NCBI GenBank assembly: GCA_964057225.1 | Contig: OZ059895.1 | Span: forward strand, 3,720,001 to 3,784,000 | DNA: 64,000 nt | Source: Auanema rhodensis | Taxonomy: Eukaryota; Animalia; Nematoda | Direction of reading: 5' to 3' | Shown here: piece after piece, positions 23,869-38,035 of the stretch | How positions within the stretch are numbered: position 1 is the first letter of the stretch | How the letters are laid out: every line of letters starts with the position of its first letter | Made by a program: the position numbers and the translations under genes | The notes under the pieces: model-generated | What the model saw: only the letters and a program-made list of their open reading frames with translations | Databases searched by the model: none | Told to the model about the DNA's origin: nothing

Positions 23869-26800
23869 AACTTTGATTTTTGTACACCCATAAATTATAC
23901 GCAGCACAGGTTACCCTTAAATAATGAACTGACCGACTAATCAGACATGGATCTTTCCTAGTTCTGTTGCTTGAACGGATGTTTTCCTACGTAGGCTAGT
24001 AAAACATGCCCTTCAAAGCATCAGAACATGTGACCACATTCCAATTTTTTTGTATCTATCTTGTAAAGATAGTAATAAACTTTGATTTTTGTACACCCAT
24101 AAATTATACGCAGCACAGGTTACCCTTAAATAATGAACTGACCGACTAATCAGACATGGATCTTTCCTAGTTCTGTTGCTTGAATGGATGTTTTCCTACG
24201 TAGGCTAGTAAAACATGCCCTTCAAAGCATCAGAACATGTGATCACATTCCAATTTTTTTGTATCTATCTTGTAAAGATAGTAATATATCATATGTTGAA
24301 CACTATGTTGGAAAGATTTTAATTCAGATTTTCGAACTTTTATTCAGTTTGTTTTTTAAACTTTGATTAAGAACTTTGATTTTTGTACACCCATAAATTA
24401 TACGCAGCACAGGTTACCCTTAAATAATGAACTGACCGACTAATCAGACATGGATCTTTCCTAGTTCTGTTGCTTGAATGGATGTTTTCCTACGTAGGCT
24501 AGTAAAACATGCCCTTCAAAGCATCAGAACATGTGATCACATTCCAATTTTTTTGTATCTATCTTGTAAAGATAGTAATATATCATATGTTGAACACTAT
24601 GTTGGAAAGATTTTAATTCAGATTTTCGAACTTTTATTCAGTTTGTTTTTTAAACTTTGATTAAGAACTTTGATTTTTGTACACCCATAAATTATACGCA
24701 GCACAGGTTACCCTTAATTAATGAACTGACCGACTAATCAGACATGGATCTTTCCAAGTTCTGTTGCTTGAACGGATGTTTTCCTACGTAGGCTAGTAAA
24801 ACATGCCCTTCAAAGCATCAGAACATGTGACCACATTCCAATTTTTTTGTATCTATCTTGTAAAGATAGTAATATATCATATGTTGAACACTATGTTGGA
24901 AAGATTTTAATTCAGATTTTCGAACTTTTGTTCAGTTTGTTTTTTAAACTTTGATTAAGAACTTTGATTTTTGTACACCCATAAATTATACGCAGCACAG
25001 GTTACCCTTAAATAATGAACTGACCGACTAATCAGACATGGATCTTTCCTAGTTCTGTTGCTTGAATGGATGTTTTCCTACGTAGGCTAGTAAAACATGC
25101 CCTTCAAAGCATCAGAACATGTGATCACATTCCAATTTTTTTGTATCTATCTTGTAAAGATAGTAATATATCATATGTTGAACACTATGTTGGAAAGATT
25201 TTAATTCAGATTTTCTAACTTTTATTCAGTTTGTTTTTTAAACTTTGATTAAGAACTTTGATTTTTGTACACCCATAAATTATACGCAGCACAGGTTACC
25301 CTTAAATAATGAACTGACCGACTAATCAGACATGGATCTTTCCTAGTTCTGTTGCTTGAATGGATGTTTTCCTACGTAGGCTAGTAAAACATGCCCTTCA
25401 AAGCATCAGAACATGTGATCACATTCCAATTTTTTTGTATCTATCTTGTAAAGATAGTAATATATCATATGTTGAACACTATGTTGGAAAGATTTTAATT
25501 CAGATTTTCTAACTTTTATTCAGTTTGTTTTTTAAACTTTGATTAAGAACTTTGATTTTTGTACACCCATAAATTATACGCAGCACAGGTTACTCTTAAT
25601 TAATGAACTGACCGACTAATCAGACATGGATCTTTCCTAGTTCTGTTGCTTGAATGGATGTTTTCCTACGTAGGCTAGTAAAACATGCCCTTCAAAGCAT
25701 CAGAACATGTGATCACATTCCAATTTTTTTGTATCTATCTTGTAAAGATAGTAATATATCATATGTTGAACACTATGTTGGAAAGATTTTAATTCAGATT
25801 TTCTAACTTTTATTCAGTTTGTTTTTTAAACTTTGATTAAGAACTTTGATTTTTGTACACCCATAAATTATACGCAGCACAGGTTACCCTTAAATAATGA
25901 ACTGACCGACTAATCAGACATGGATCTTTCCTAGTTCTGTTGCTTGAATGGATGTTTTCCTACGTAGGCTAGTAAAACATGCCCTTCAAAGCATCAGAAC
26001 ATGTGATCACATTCCAATTTTTTTGTATCTATCTTGTAAAGATAGTAATATATCATATGTTGAACACTATGTTGGAAAGATTTTAATTCAGATTTTCTAA
26101 CTTTTATTCAGTTTGTTTTTTAAACTTTGATTAAGAACTTTGATTTTTGTACACCCATAAATTATACGCAGCACAGGTTACCCTTAAATAATGAACTGAC
26201 CGACTAATCAGACATGGATCTTTCCTAGTTCTGTTGCTTGAACGGATGTTTTCCTACGTAGGCTAGTAAAACATGCCCTTCAAAGCATCAGAACATGTGA
26301 CCACATTCCAATTTTTTTGTATCTATCTTGTAAAGATAGTAATAAACTTTGATTTTTGTACACCCATAAATTATACGCAGCACAGGTTACCCTTAAATAA
26401 TGAACTGACCGACTAATCAGACATGGATCTTTCCTAGTTCTGTTGCTTGAATGGATGTTTTCCTACGTAGGCTAGTAAAACATGCCCTTCAAAGCATCAG
26501 AACATGTGATCACATTCCAATTTTTTTGTATCTATCTTGTAAAGATAGTAATATATCATATGTTGAACACTATGTTGGAAAGATTTTAATTCAGATTTTC
26601 GAACTTTTATTCAGTTTGTTTTTTAAACTTCGATTAAGAACTTTGATTTTTGTACACCCATAAATTATACGCAGCATAGGTTACCCTTAAATAATGAACT
26701 GACCGACTAATCAGACATGGATCTTTCCTAGTTCTGTTGCTTGAATGGATGTTTTCCTACGTAGGCTAGTAAAACATGCCCTTCAAAGCATCAGAACATG

Positions 26801-29800
26801 TGATCACATTCCAATTTTTTTGTATCTATTTTGTAAAGATAGTAATAAACTTTGATTTTTGTACACCCATAAATTTTACGCAGCACAGGTTACCCTTAAA
26901 TAATGAACTGACCGACTAATCAGACATGGATCTTTCCTAGTTCTGTTGCTTGAATGGATGTTTTCCTACGTAGGCTAGTAAAACATGCCCTTCAAAGCAT
27001 CAGAACATGTGATCACATTCCAATTTTTTTGTATCTATCTTGTAAAGATAGTAATATATCATATGTTGAACACTATGTTGGAAAGATTTTAATTCAGATT
27101 TTCGAACTTTTATTCAGTTTGTTTTTTAAACTTTGATTAAGAACTTTGATTTTTGTACACCCATAAATTATACGCAGCACAGGTTACCCTTAATTAATGA
27201 ACTGACCGACTAATCAGACATGGATCTTTCCAAGTTCTGTTGCTTGAACGGATGTTTTCCTACGTAGGCTAGTAAAACATGCCCTTCAAAGCATCAGAAC
27301 ATGTGACCACATTCCAATTTTTTTGTATCTATCTTGTAAAGATAGTAATATATCATATGTTGAACACTATGTTGGAAAGATTTTAATTCAGATTTTCGAA
27401 CTTTTATTCAGTTTGTTTTTTAAACTTTGATTAAGAACTTTGATTTTTGTACACCCATAAATTATACGCAGCACAGGTTACCCTTAAATAATGAACTGAC
27501 CGACTAATCAGACATGGATCTTTCCTAGTTCTGTTGCTTGAATGGATGTTTTCCTACGTAGGCTAGTAAAACATGCCCTTCAAAGCATCAGAACATGTGA
27601 TCACATTCCAATTTTTTTGTATCTATCTTGTAAAGATAGTAATATATCATATGTTGAACACTATGTTGGAAAGATTTTAATTCAGATTTTTTCAACTTTC
27701 ACTCAGTTTGTTTTCTAAACTTTGATTAAGAACCTTGTTGTTTGTACACCCATAAATTTTACGCAGCACAGGTTACCCTTAAATAATGAACTGACCGACT
27801 AATCAGACATGGATCTTTCCTAGTTCTGTTGCTTGAATGGATGTTTTCCTACGTAGGCTAGTAAAACATGCCCTTCAAAGCATCAGAACATGTGATCACA
27901 TTCCAATTTTTTTGTATCTATCTTGTAAAGATAGTAATATATCATATGTTGAACACTATGTTGGAAAGATTTTAATTCAGATTTTCTAACTTTTATTCAG
28001 TTTGTTTTTTAAACTTTGATTAAGAACTTTGATTTTTGTACACCCATAAATTATACGCAGCACAGGTTACCCTTAAATAATGAACTGACCGACTAATCAG
28101 ACATGGATCTTTCCTAGTTCTGTTGCTTGAATGGATGTTTTCCTACGTAGGCTAGTAAAACATGCCCTTCAAAGCATCAGAACATGTGATCACATTCCAA
28201 TTTTTTTGTATCTATCTTGTAAAGATAGTAATATATCATATGTTGAACACTATGTTGGAAAGATTTTAATTCAGATTTTCTAACTTTTATTCAGTTTGTT
28301 TTTTAAACTTTGATTAAGAACTTTGATTTTTGTACACCCATAAATTATACGCAGCACAGGTTACTCTTAATTAATGAACTGACCGACTAATCAGACATGG
28401 ATCTTTCCAAGTTCTGTTGCTTGAACGGATGTTTTCCTACGTAGGCTAGTAAAACATGCCCTTCAAAGCATCAGAACATGTGATCACATTCCAATTTTTT
28501 TGTATCTATTTTGTAAAGATAGTAATAAACTTTGATTTTTGTACACCCATAAATTTTACGCAGCACAGGTTACCCTTAAATAATGAACTGACCGACTAAT
28601 CAGACATGGATCTTTCCTAGTTCTGTTGCTTGAATGGATGTTTTCCTACGTAGGCTAGTAAAACATGCCCTTCAAAGCATCAGAACATGTGACCACATTC
28701 CAATTTTTTTGTATCTATCTTGTAAAGATAGTAATAAACTTTGATTTTTGTACACCCATAAATTATACGCAGCACAGGTTACCCTTAAATAATGAACTGA
28801 CCGACTAATCAGACATGGATCTTTCCAAGTTCTGTTGCTTGAACGGATGTTTTCCTACGTAGGCTAGTAAAACATGCCCTTCAAAGCATCAGAACATGTG
28901 ATCACATTCCAATTTTTTTGTATCTATCTTGTAAAGATAGTAATATATCATATGTTGAACACTATGTTGGAAAGATTTTAATTCAGATTTTTTCAACTTT
29001 CACTCAGTTTGTTTTCTAAACTTTGATTAAGAACCTTGTTGTTTGTACACCCATAAATTTTACGCAGCACAGGTTACCCTTAAATAATGAACTGACCGAC
29101 TAATCAGACATGGATCTTTCCTAGTTCTGTTGCTTGAATGGATGTTTTCCTACGTAGGCTAGTAAAACATGCCCTTCAAAGCATCAGAACATGTGATGAC
29201 ATTCCAATTTTTTTGTATCTATCTTGTAAAGATAGTAATATATCATATGTTGAACACTATGTTGGAAAGATTTTAATTCAGATTTTCTAACTTTTATTCA
29301 GTTTGTTTTTTAAACTTTGATTAAGAACTTTGATTTTTGTACACCCATAAATTATACGCAGCACAGGTTACCCTTAAATAATGAACTGACCGACTAATCA
29401 GACATGGATCTTTCCTAGTTCTGTTGCTTGAATGGATGTTTTCCTACGTAGGCTAGTAAAACATGCCCTTCAAAGCATCAGAACATGTGATCACATTCCA
29501 ATTTTTTTGTATCTATCTTGTAAAGATAGTAATATATCATATGTTGAACACTATGTTGGAAAGATTTTAATTCAGATTTTCAAACTTTTATTCAGTTTGT
29601 TTTTTAAACTTTGATTAAGAACTTTGATTTTTGTACACCCATAAATTATACGCAGCACAGGTTACCCTTAATTAATGAACTGACCGACTAATCAGACATG
29701 GATCTTTCCAAGTTCTGTTGCTTGAACGGATGTTTTCCTACTTAGGCTAGTAAAACATGCCCTTCAAAGCATCAGAACATGTGACCACATTCCAATTTTT

Positions 29801-32800
29801 CTGTATCTATCTTGTAAAGATAGTAATAAACTTTGATTTTTGTACACCCATAAATTATACGCAGCACAGGTTACCCTTAAATAATGAACTGACCGACTAA
29901 TCAGACATGGATCTTTCCTAGTTCTGTTGCTTGAATGGATGTTTTCCTACGTAGGCTAGTAAAACATGCCCTTCAAAGCATCAGAACATGTGATCACATT
30001 CCAATTTTTTTTTATCTATCTTGTAAAGATAGTAATAAACTTTGATTTTTGTACACCCATAAATTATACGCAGCACAGGTTACCCTTAAATAATGAACTG
30101 ACCGACTAATCAAACATGGATCTTTCCTAGTTCTGTTGCTTGAACGGATGTTTTCCTACGTAGGCTAGTAAAACATGCCCTTCAAAGCATCAGAACATGT
30201 GACCACATTCCAATTTTTTTGTATCTATCTTGTAAAGATAGTAATAAACTTTGATTTTTGTACACCCATAAATTATACGCAGCACAGGTTACCCTTAAAT
30301 AATGAACTGACCGACTAATCAGACATGGATCTTTCCTAGTTCTGTTGCTTGAATGGATGTTTTCCTACGTAGGCTAGTAAAACATGCCCTTCAAAGCATC
30401 AGAACATGTGATCACATTCCAATTTTTTTGTATCTATCTTGTAAAGATAGTAATATATCATATGTTGAACACTATGTTGGAAAGATTTTAATTCAGATTT
30501 TCTAACTTTTATTCAGTTTGTTTTTTAAACTTTGATTAAGAACTTTGATTTTTGTACACCCATAAATTATACGCAGCACAGGTTACCCTTAAATAATGAA
30601 CTGACCGACTAATCAGACATGGATCTTTCCTAGTTCTGTTGCTTGAACGGATGTTTTCCTACGTAGGCTAGTAAAACATGCCCTTCAAAGCATCAGAACA
30701 TGTGACCACATTCCAATTTTTTTGTATCTATCTTGTAAAGATAGTAATAAACTTTGATTTTTGTACACCCATAAATTATACGCAGCACAGGTTACCCTTA
30801 AATAATGAACTGACCGACTAATCAGACATGGATCTTTCCTAGTTCTGTTGCTTGAATGGATGTTTTCCTACGTAGGCTAGTAAAACATGCCCTTCAAAGC
30901 ATCAGAACATGTGATCACATTCCAATTTTTTTGTATCTATCTTGTAAAGATAGTAATATATCATATGTTGAACACTATGTTGGAAAGATTTTAATTCAGA
31001 TTTTCGAACTTTTATTCAGTTTGTTTTTTAAACTTTGATTAAGAACTTTGATTTTTGTACACCCATAAATTATACGCAGCACAGGTTACCCTTAAATAAT
31101 GAACTGACCGACTAATCAGACATGGATCTTTCCTAGTTCTGTTGCTTGAATGGATGTTTTCCTACGTAGGCTAGTAAAACATGCCCTTCAAAGCATCAGA
31201 ACATGTGATCACATTCCAATTTTTTTGTATCTATCTTGTAAAGATAGTAATATATCATATGTTGAACACTATGTTGGAAAGATTTTAATTCAGATTTTCG
31301 AACTTTTATTCAGTTTGTTTTTTAAACTTTGATTAAGAACTTTGATTTTTGTACACCCATAAATTATACGCAGCACAGGTTACCCTTAATTAATGAACTG
31401 ACCGACTAATCAGACATGGATCTTTCCAAGTTCTGTTGCTTGAACGGATGTTTTCCTACGTAGGCTAGTAAAACATGCCCTTCAAAGCATCAGAACATGT
31501 GACCACATTCCAATTTTTTTGTATCTATCTTGTAAAGATAGTAATATATCATATGTTGAACACTATGTTGGAAAGATTTTAATTCAGATTTTCGAACTTT
31601 TGTTCAGTTTGTTTTTTAAACTTTGATTAAGAACTTTGATTTTTGTACACCCATAAATTATACGCAGCACAGGTTACCCTTAAATAATGAACTGACCGAC
31701 TAATCAGACATGGATCTTTCCTAGTTCTGTTGCTTGAATGGATGTTTTCCTACGTAGGCTAGTAAAACATGCCCTTCAAAGCATCAGAACATGTGATCAC
31801 ATTCCAATTTTTTTGTATCTATCTTGTAAAGATAGTAATATATCATATGTTGAACACTATGTTGGAAAGATTTTAATTCAGATTTTCTAACTTTTATTCA
31901 GTTTGTTTTTTAAACTTTGATTAAGAACTTTGATTTTTGTACACCCATAAATTATACGCAGCACAGGTTACCCTTAAATAATGAACTGACCGACTAATCA
32001 GACATGGATCTTTCCTAGTTCTGTTGCTTGAATGGATGTTTTCCTACGTAGGCTAGTAAAACATGCCCTTCAAAGCATCAGAACATGTGATCACATTCCA
32101 ATTTTTTTGTATCTATCTTGTAAAGATAGTAATATATCATATGTTGAACACTATGTTGGAAAGATTTTAATTCAGATTTTCTAACTTTTATTCAGTTTGT
32201 TTTTTAAACTTTGATTAAGAACTTTGATTTTTGTACACCCATAAATTATACGCAGCACAGGTTACTCTTAATTAATGAACTGACCGACTAATCAGACATG
32301 GATCTTTCCTAGTTCTGTTGCTTGAATGGATGTTTTCCTACGTAGGCTAGTAAAACATGCCCTTCAAAGCATCAGAACATGTGATCACATTCCAATTTTT
32401 TTGTATCTATCTTGTAAAGATAGTAATATATCATATGTTGAACACTATGTTGGAAAGATTTTAATTCAGATTTTCTAACTTTTATTCAGTTTGTTTTTTA
32501 AACTTTGATTAAGAACTTTGATTTTTGTACACCCATAAATTATACGCAGCACAGGTTACCCTTAAATAATGAACTGACCGACTAATCAGACATGGATCTT
32601 TCCTAGTTCTGTTGCTTGAATGGATGTTTTCTTACGTAGGCTAGTAAAACATGCCCTTCAAAGCATCAGAACATGTGATCACATTCCAATTTTTTTGTAT
32701 CTATCTTGTAAAGATAGTAATATATCATATGTTGAACACTATGTTGGAAAGATTTTAATTCAGATTTTCTAACTTTTATTCAGTTTGTTTTTTAAACTTT

Positions 32801-35800
32801 GATTAAGAACTTTGATTTTTGTACACCCATAAATTATACGCAGCACAGGTTACCCTTAAATAATGAACTGACCGACTAATCAGACATGGATCTTTCCTAG
32901 TTCTGTTGCTTGAACGGATGTTTTCCTACGTAGGCTAGTAAAACATGCCCTTCAAAGCATCAGAACATGTGACCACATTCCAATTTTTTTGTATCTATCT
33001 TGTAAAGATAGTAATAAACTTTGATTTTTGTACACCCATAAATTATACGCAGCACAGGTTACCCTTAAATAATGAACTGACCGACTAATCAGACATGGAT
33101 CTTTCCTAGTTCTGTTGCTTGAATGGATGTTTTCCTACGTAGGCTAGTAAAACATGCCCTTCAAAGCATCAGAACATGTGATCACATTCCAATTTTTTTG
33201 TATCTATCTTGTAAAGATAGTAATATATCATATGTTGAACACTATGTTGGAAAGATTTTAATTCAGATTTTCGAACTTTTATTCAGTTTGTTTTTTAAAC
33301 TTCGATTAAGAACTTTGATTTTTGTACACCCATAAATTATACGCAGCACAGGTTACCCTTAAATAATGAACTGACCGACTAATCAGACATGGATCTTTCC
33401 TAGTTCTGTTGCTTGAATGGATGTTTTCCTACGTAGGCTAGTAAAACATGCCCTTCAAAGCATCAGAACATGTGATCACATTCCAATTTTTTTGTATCTA
33501 TTTTGTAAAGATAGTAATAAACTTTGATTTTTGTACACCCATAAATTTTACGCAGCACAGGTTACCCTTAAATAATGAACTGACCGACTAATCAGACATG
33601 GATCTTTCCTAGTTCTGTTGCTTGAATGGATGTTTTCCTACGTAGGCTAGTAAAACATGCCCTTCAAAGCATCAGAACATGTGATCACATTCCAATTTTT
33701 TTGTATCTATCTTGTAAAGATAGTAATATATCATATGTTGAACACTATGTTGGAAAGATTTTAATTCAGATTTTCGAACTTTTATTCAGTTTGTTTTTTA
33801 AACTTTGATTAAGAACTTTGATTTTTGTACACCCATAAATTATACGCAGCACAGGTTACCCTTAATTAATGAACTGACCGACTAATCAGACATGGATCTT
33901 TCCAAGTTCTGTTGCTTGAACGGATGTTTTCCTACGTAGGCTAGTAAAACATGCCCTTCAAAGCATCAGAACATGTGACCACATTCCAATTTTTTTGTAT
34001 CTATCTTGTAAAGATAGTAATATATCATATGTTGAACACTATGTTGGAAAGATTTTAATTCAGATTTTCGAACTTTTATTCAGTTTGTTTTTTAAACTTT
34101 GATTAAGAACTTTGATTTTTGTACACCCATAAATTATACGCAGCACAGGTTACCCTTAAATAATGAACTGACCGACTAATCAGACATGGATCTTTCCTAG
34201 TTCTGTTGCTTGAATGGATGTTTTCCTACGTAGGCTAGTAAAACATGCCCTTCAAAGCATCAGAACATGTGACCACATTCCAATTTTTTTGTATCTATCT
34301 TGTAAAGATAGTAATATATCATATGTTGAACACTATGTTGGAAAGATTTTAATTCAGATTTTCGAACTTTTATTCAGTTTGTTTTTTAAACTTTGATTAA
34401 GAACTTTGATTTTTGTACACCCATAAATTATACGCAGCACAGGTTACCCTTAAATAATGAACTGACCGACTAATCAGACATGGATCTTTCCTAGTTCTGT
34501 TGCTTGAACGGATGTTTTCCTACGTAGGCTAGTAAAACATGCCCTTCAAAGCATCAGAACATGTGACCACATTCCAATTTTTTTGTATCTATCTTGTAAA
34601 GATAGTAATAAACTTTGATTTTTGTACACCCATAAATTATACGCAGCACAGGTTACCCTTAAATAATGAACTGACCGACTAATCAGACATGGATCTTTCC
34701 TAGTTCTGTTGCTTGAATGGATGTTTTCCTACGTAGGCTAGTAAAACATGCCCTTCAAAGCATCAGAACATGTGATCACATTCCAATTTTTTTGTATCTA
34801 TCTTGTAAAGATAGTAATATATCATATGTTGAACACTATGTTGGAAAGATTTTAATTCAGATTTTCGAACTTTTATTCAGTTTGTTTTTTAAACTTTGAT
34901 TAAGAACTTTGATTTTTGTACACCCATAAATTATACGCAGCACAGGTTACCCTTAAATAATGAACTGACCGACTAATCAGACATGGATCTTTCCTAGTTC
35001 TGTTGCTTGAATGGATGTTTTCCTACGTAGGCTAGTAAAACATGCCCTTCAAAGCATCAGAACATGTGATCACATTCCAATTTTTTTGTATCTATCTTGT
35101 AAAGATAGTAATATATCATATGTTGAACACTATGTTGGAAAGATTTTAATTCAGATTTTCGAACTTTTATTCAGTTTGTTTTTTAAACTTTGATTAAGAA
35201 CTTTGATTTTTGTACACCCATAAATTATACGCAGCACAGGTTACCCTTAATTAATGAACTGACCGACTAATCAGACATGGATCTTTCCAAGTTCTGTTGC
35301 TTGAACGGATGTTTTCCTACGTAGGCTAGTAAAACATGCCCTTCAAAGCATCAGAACATGTGACCACATTCCAATTTTTTTGTATCTATCTTGTAAAGAT
35401 AGTAATATATCATATGTTGAACACTATGTTGGAAAGATTTTAATTCAGATTTTCGAACTTTTGTTCAGTTTGTTTTTTAAACTTTGATTAAGAACTTTGA
35501 TTTTTGTACACCCATAAATTATACGCAGCACAGGTTACCCTTAAATAATGAACTGACCGACTAATCAGACATGGATCTTTCCTAGTTCTGTTGCTTGAAT
35601 GGATGTTTTCCTACGTAGGCTAGTAAAACATGCCCTTCAAAGCATCAGAACATGTGATCACATTCCAATTTTTTTGTATCTATCTTGTAAAGATAGTAAT
35701 ATATCATATGTTGAACACTATGTTGGAAAGATTTTAATTCAGATTTTCTAACTTTTATTCAGTTTGTTTTTTAAACTTTGATTAAGAACTTTGATTTTTG

Positions 35801-38035
35801 TACACCCATAAATTATACGCAGCACAGGTTACCCTTAAATAATGAACTGACCGACTAATCAGACATGGATCTTTCCTAGTTCTGTTGCTTGAATGGATGT
35901 TTTCCTACGTAGGCTAGTAAAACATGCCCTTCAAAGCATCAGAACATGTGATCACATTCCAATTTTTTTGTATCTATCTTGTAAAGATAGTAATATATCA
36001 TATGTTGAACACTATGTTGGAAAGATTTTAATTCAGATTTTCTAACTTTTATTCAGTTTGTTTTTTAAACTTTGATTAAGAACTTTGATTTTTGTACACC
36101 CATAAATTATACGCAGCACAGGTTACTCTTAATTAATGAACTGACCGACTAATCAGACATGGATCTTTCCTAGTTCTGTTGCTTGAATGGATGTTTTCCT
36201 ACGTAGGCTAGTAAAACATGCCCTTCAAAGCATCAGAACATGTGATCACATTCCAATTTTTTTGTATCTATCTTGTAAAGATAGTAATATATCATATGTT
36301 GAACACTATGTTGGAAAGATTTTAATTCAGATTTTCTAACTTTTATTCAGTTTGTTTTTTAAACTTTGATTAAGAACTTTGATTTTTGTACACCCATAAA
36401 TTATACGCAGCACAGGTTACCCTTAAATAATGAACTGACCGACTAATCAGACATGGATCTTTCCTAGTTCTGTTGCTTGAATGGATGTTTTCTTACGTAG
36501 GCTAGTAAAACATGCCCTTCAAAGCATCAGAACATGTGATCACATTCCAATTTTTTTGTATCTATCTTGTAAAGATAGTAATATATCATATGTTGAACAC
36601 TATGTTGGAAAGATTTTAATTCAGATTTTCTAACTTTTATTCAGTTTGTTTTTTAAACTTTGATTAAGAACTTTGATTTTTGTACACCCATAAATTATAC
36701 GCAGCACAGGTTACCCTTAAATAATGAACTGACCGACTAATCAGACATGGATCTTTCCTAGTTCTGTTGCTTGAACGGATGTTTTCCTACGTAGGCTAGT
36801 AAAACATGCCCTTCAAAGCATCAGAACATGTGACCACATTCCAATTTTTTTGTATCTATCTTGTAAAGATAGTAATAAACTTTGATTTTTGTACACCCAT
36901 AAATTATACGCAGCACAGGTTACCCTTAAATAATGAACTGACCGACTAATCAGACATGGATCTTTCCTAGTTCTGTTGCTTGAATGGATGTTTTCCTACG
37001 TAGGCTAGTAAAACATGCCCTTCAAAGCATCAGAACATGTGATCACATTCCAATTTTTTTGTATCTATCTTGTAAAGATAGTAATATATCATATGTTGAA
37101 CACTATGTTGGAAAGATTTTAATTCAGATTTTCGAACTTTTATTCAGTTTGTTTTTTAAACTTCGATTAAGAACTTTGATTTTTGTACACCCATAAATTA
37201 TACGCAGCACAGGTTACCCTTAAATAATGAACTGACCGACTAATCAGACATGGATCTTTCCTAGTTCTGTTGCTTGAATGGATGTTTTCCTACGTAGGCT
37301 AGTAAAACATGCCCTTCAAAGCATCAGAACATGTGATCACATTCCAATTTTTTTGTATCTATTTTGTAAAGATAGTAATAAACTTTGATTTTTGTACACC
37401 CATAAATTTTACGCAGCACAGGTTACCCTTAAATAATGAACTGACCGACTAATCAGACATGGATCTTTCCTAGTTCTGTTGCTTGAATGGATGTTTTCCT
37501 ACGTAGGCTAGTAAAACATGCCCTTCAAAGCATCAGAACATGTGATCACATTCCAATTTTTTTGTATCTATCTTGTAAAGATAGTAATATATCATATGTT
37601 GAACACTATGTTGGAAAGATTTTAATTCAGATTTTCGAACTTTTATTCAGTTTGTTTTTTAAACTTTGATTAAGAACTTTGATTTTTGTACACCCATAAA
37701 TTATACGCAGCACAGGTTACCCTTAATTAATGAACTGACCGACTAATCAGACATGGATCTTTCCAAGTTCTGTTGCTTGAACGGATGTTTTCCTACGTAG
37801 GCTAGTAAAACATGCCCTTCAAAGCATCAGAACATGTGACCACATTCCAATTTTTTTGTATCTATCTTGTAAAGATAGTAATATATCATATGTTGAACAC
37901 TATGTTGGAAAGATTTTAATTCAGATTTTCGAACTTTTATTCAGTTTGTTTTTTAAACTTTGATTAAGAACTTTGATTTTTGTACACCCATAAATTATAC
38001 GCAGCACAGGTTACCCTTAAATAATGAACTGACCG
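23869..38035 (+). repeat. Three copies of a ~3.6-kb L-rich higher-order block (starting ~23869, ~30541, ~34402)
   Basis: The ORF pattern 24184/24478/26451(70aa)/26954 repeats at +6672 and then at a further +3861. Private SNPs ttttGttcag (24930, 31602, 35463) and cttCgattaag (26631, 33303, 37164) follow the same offsets. Confidence 0.93.
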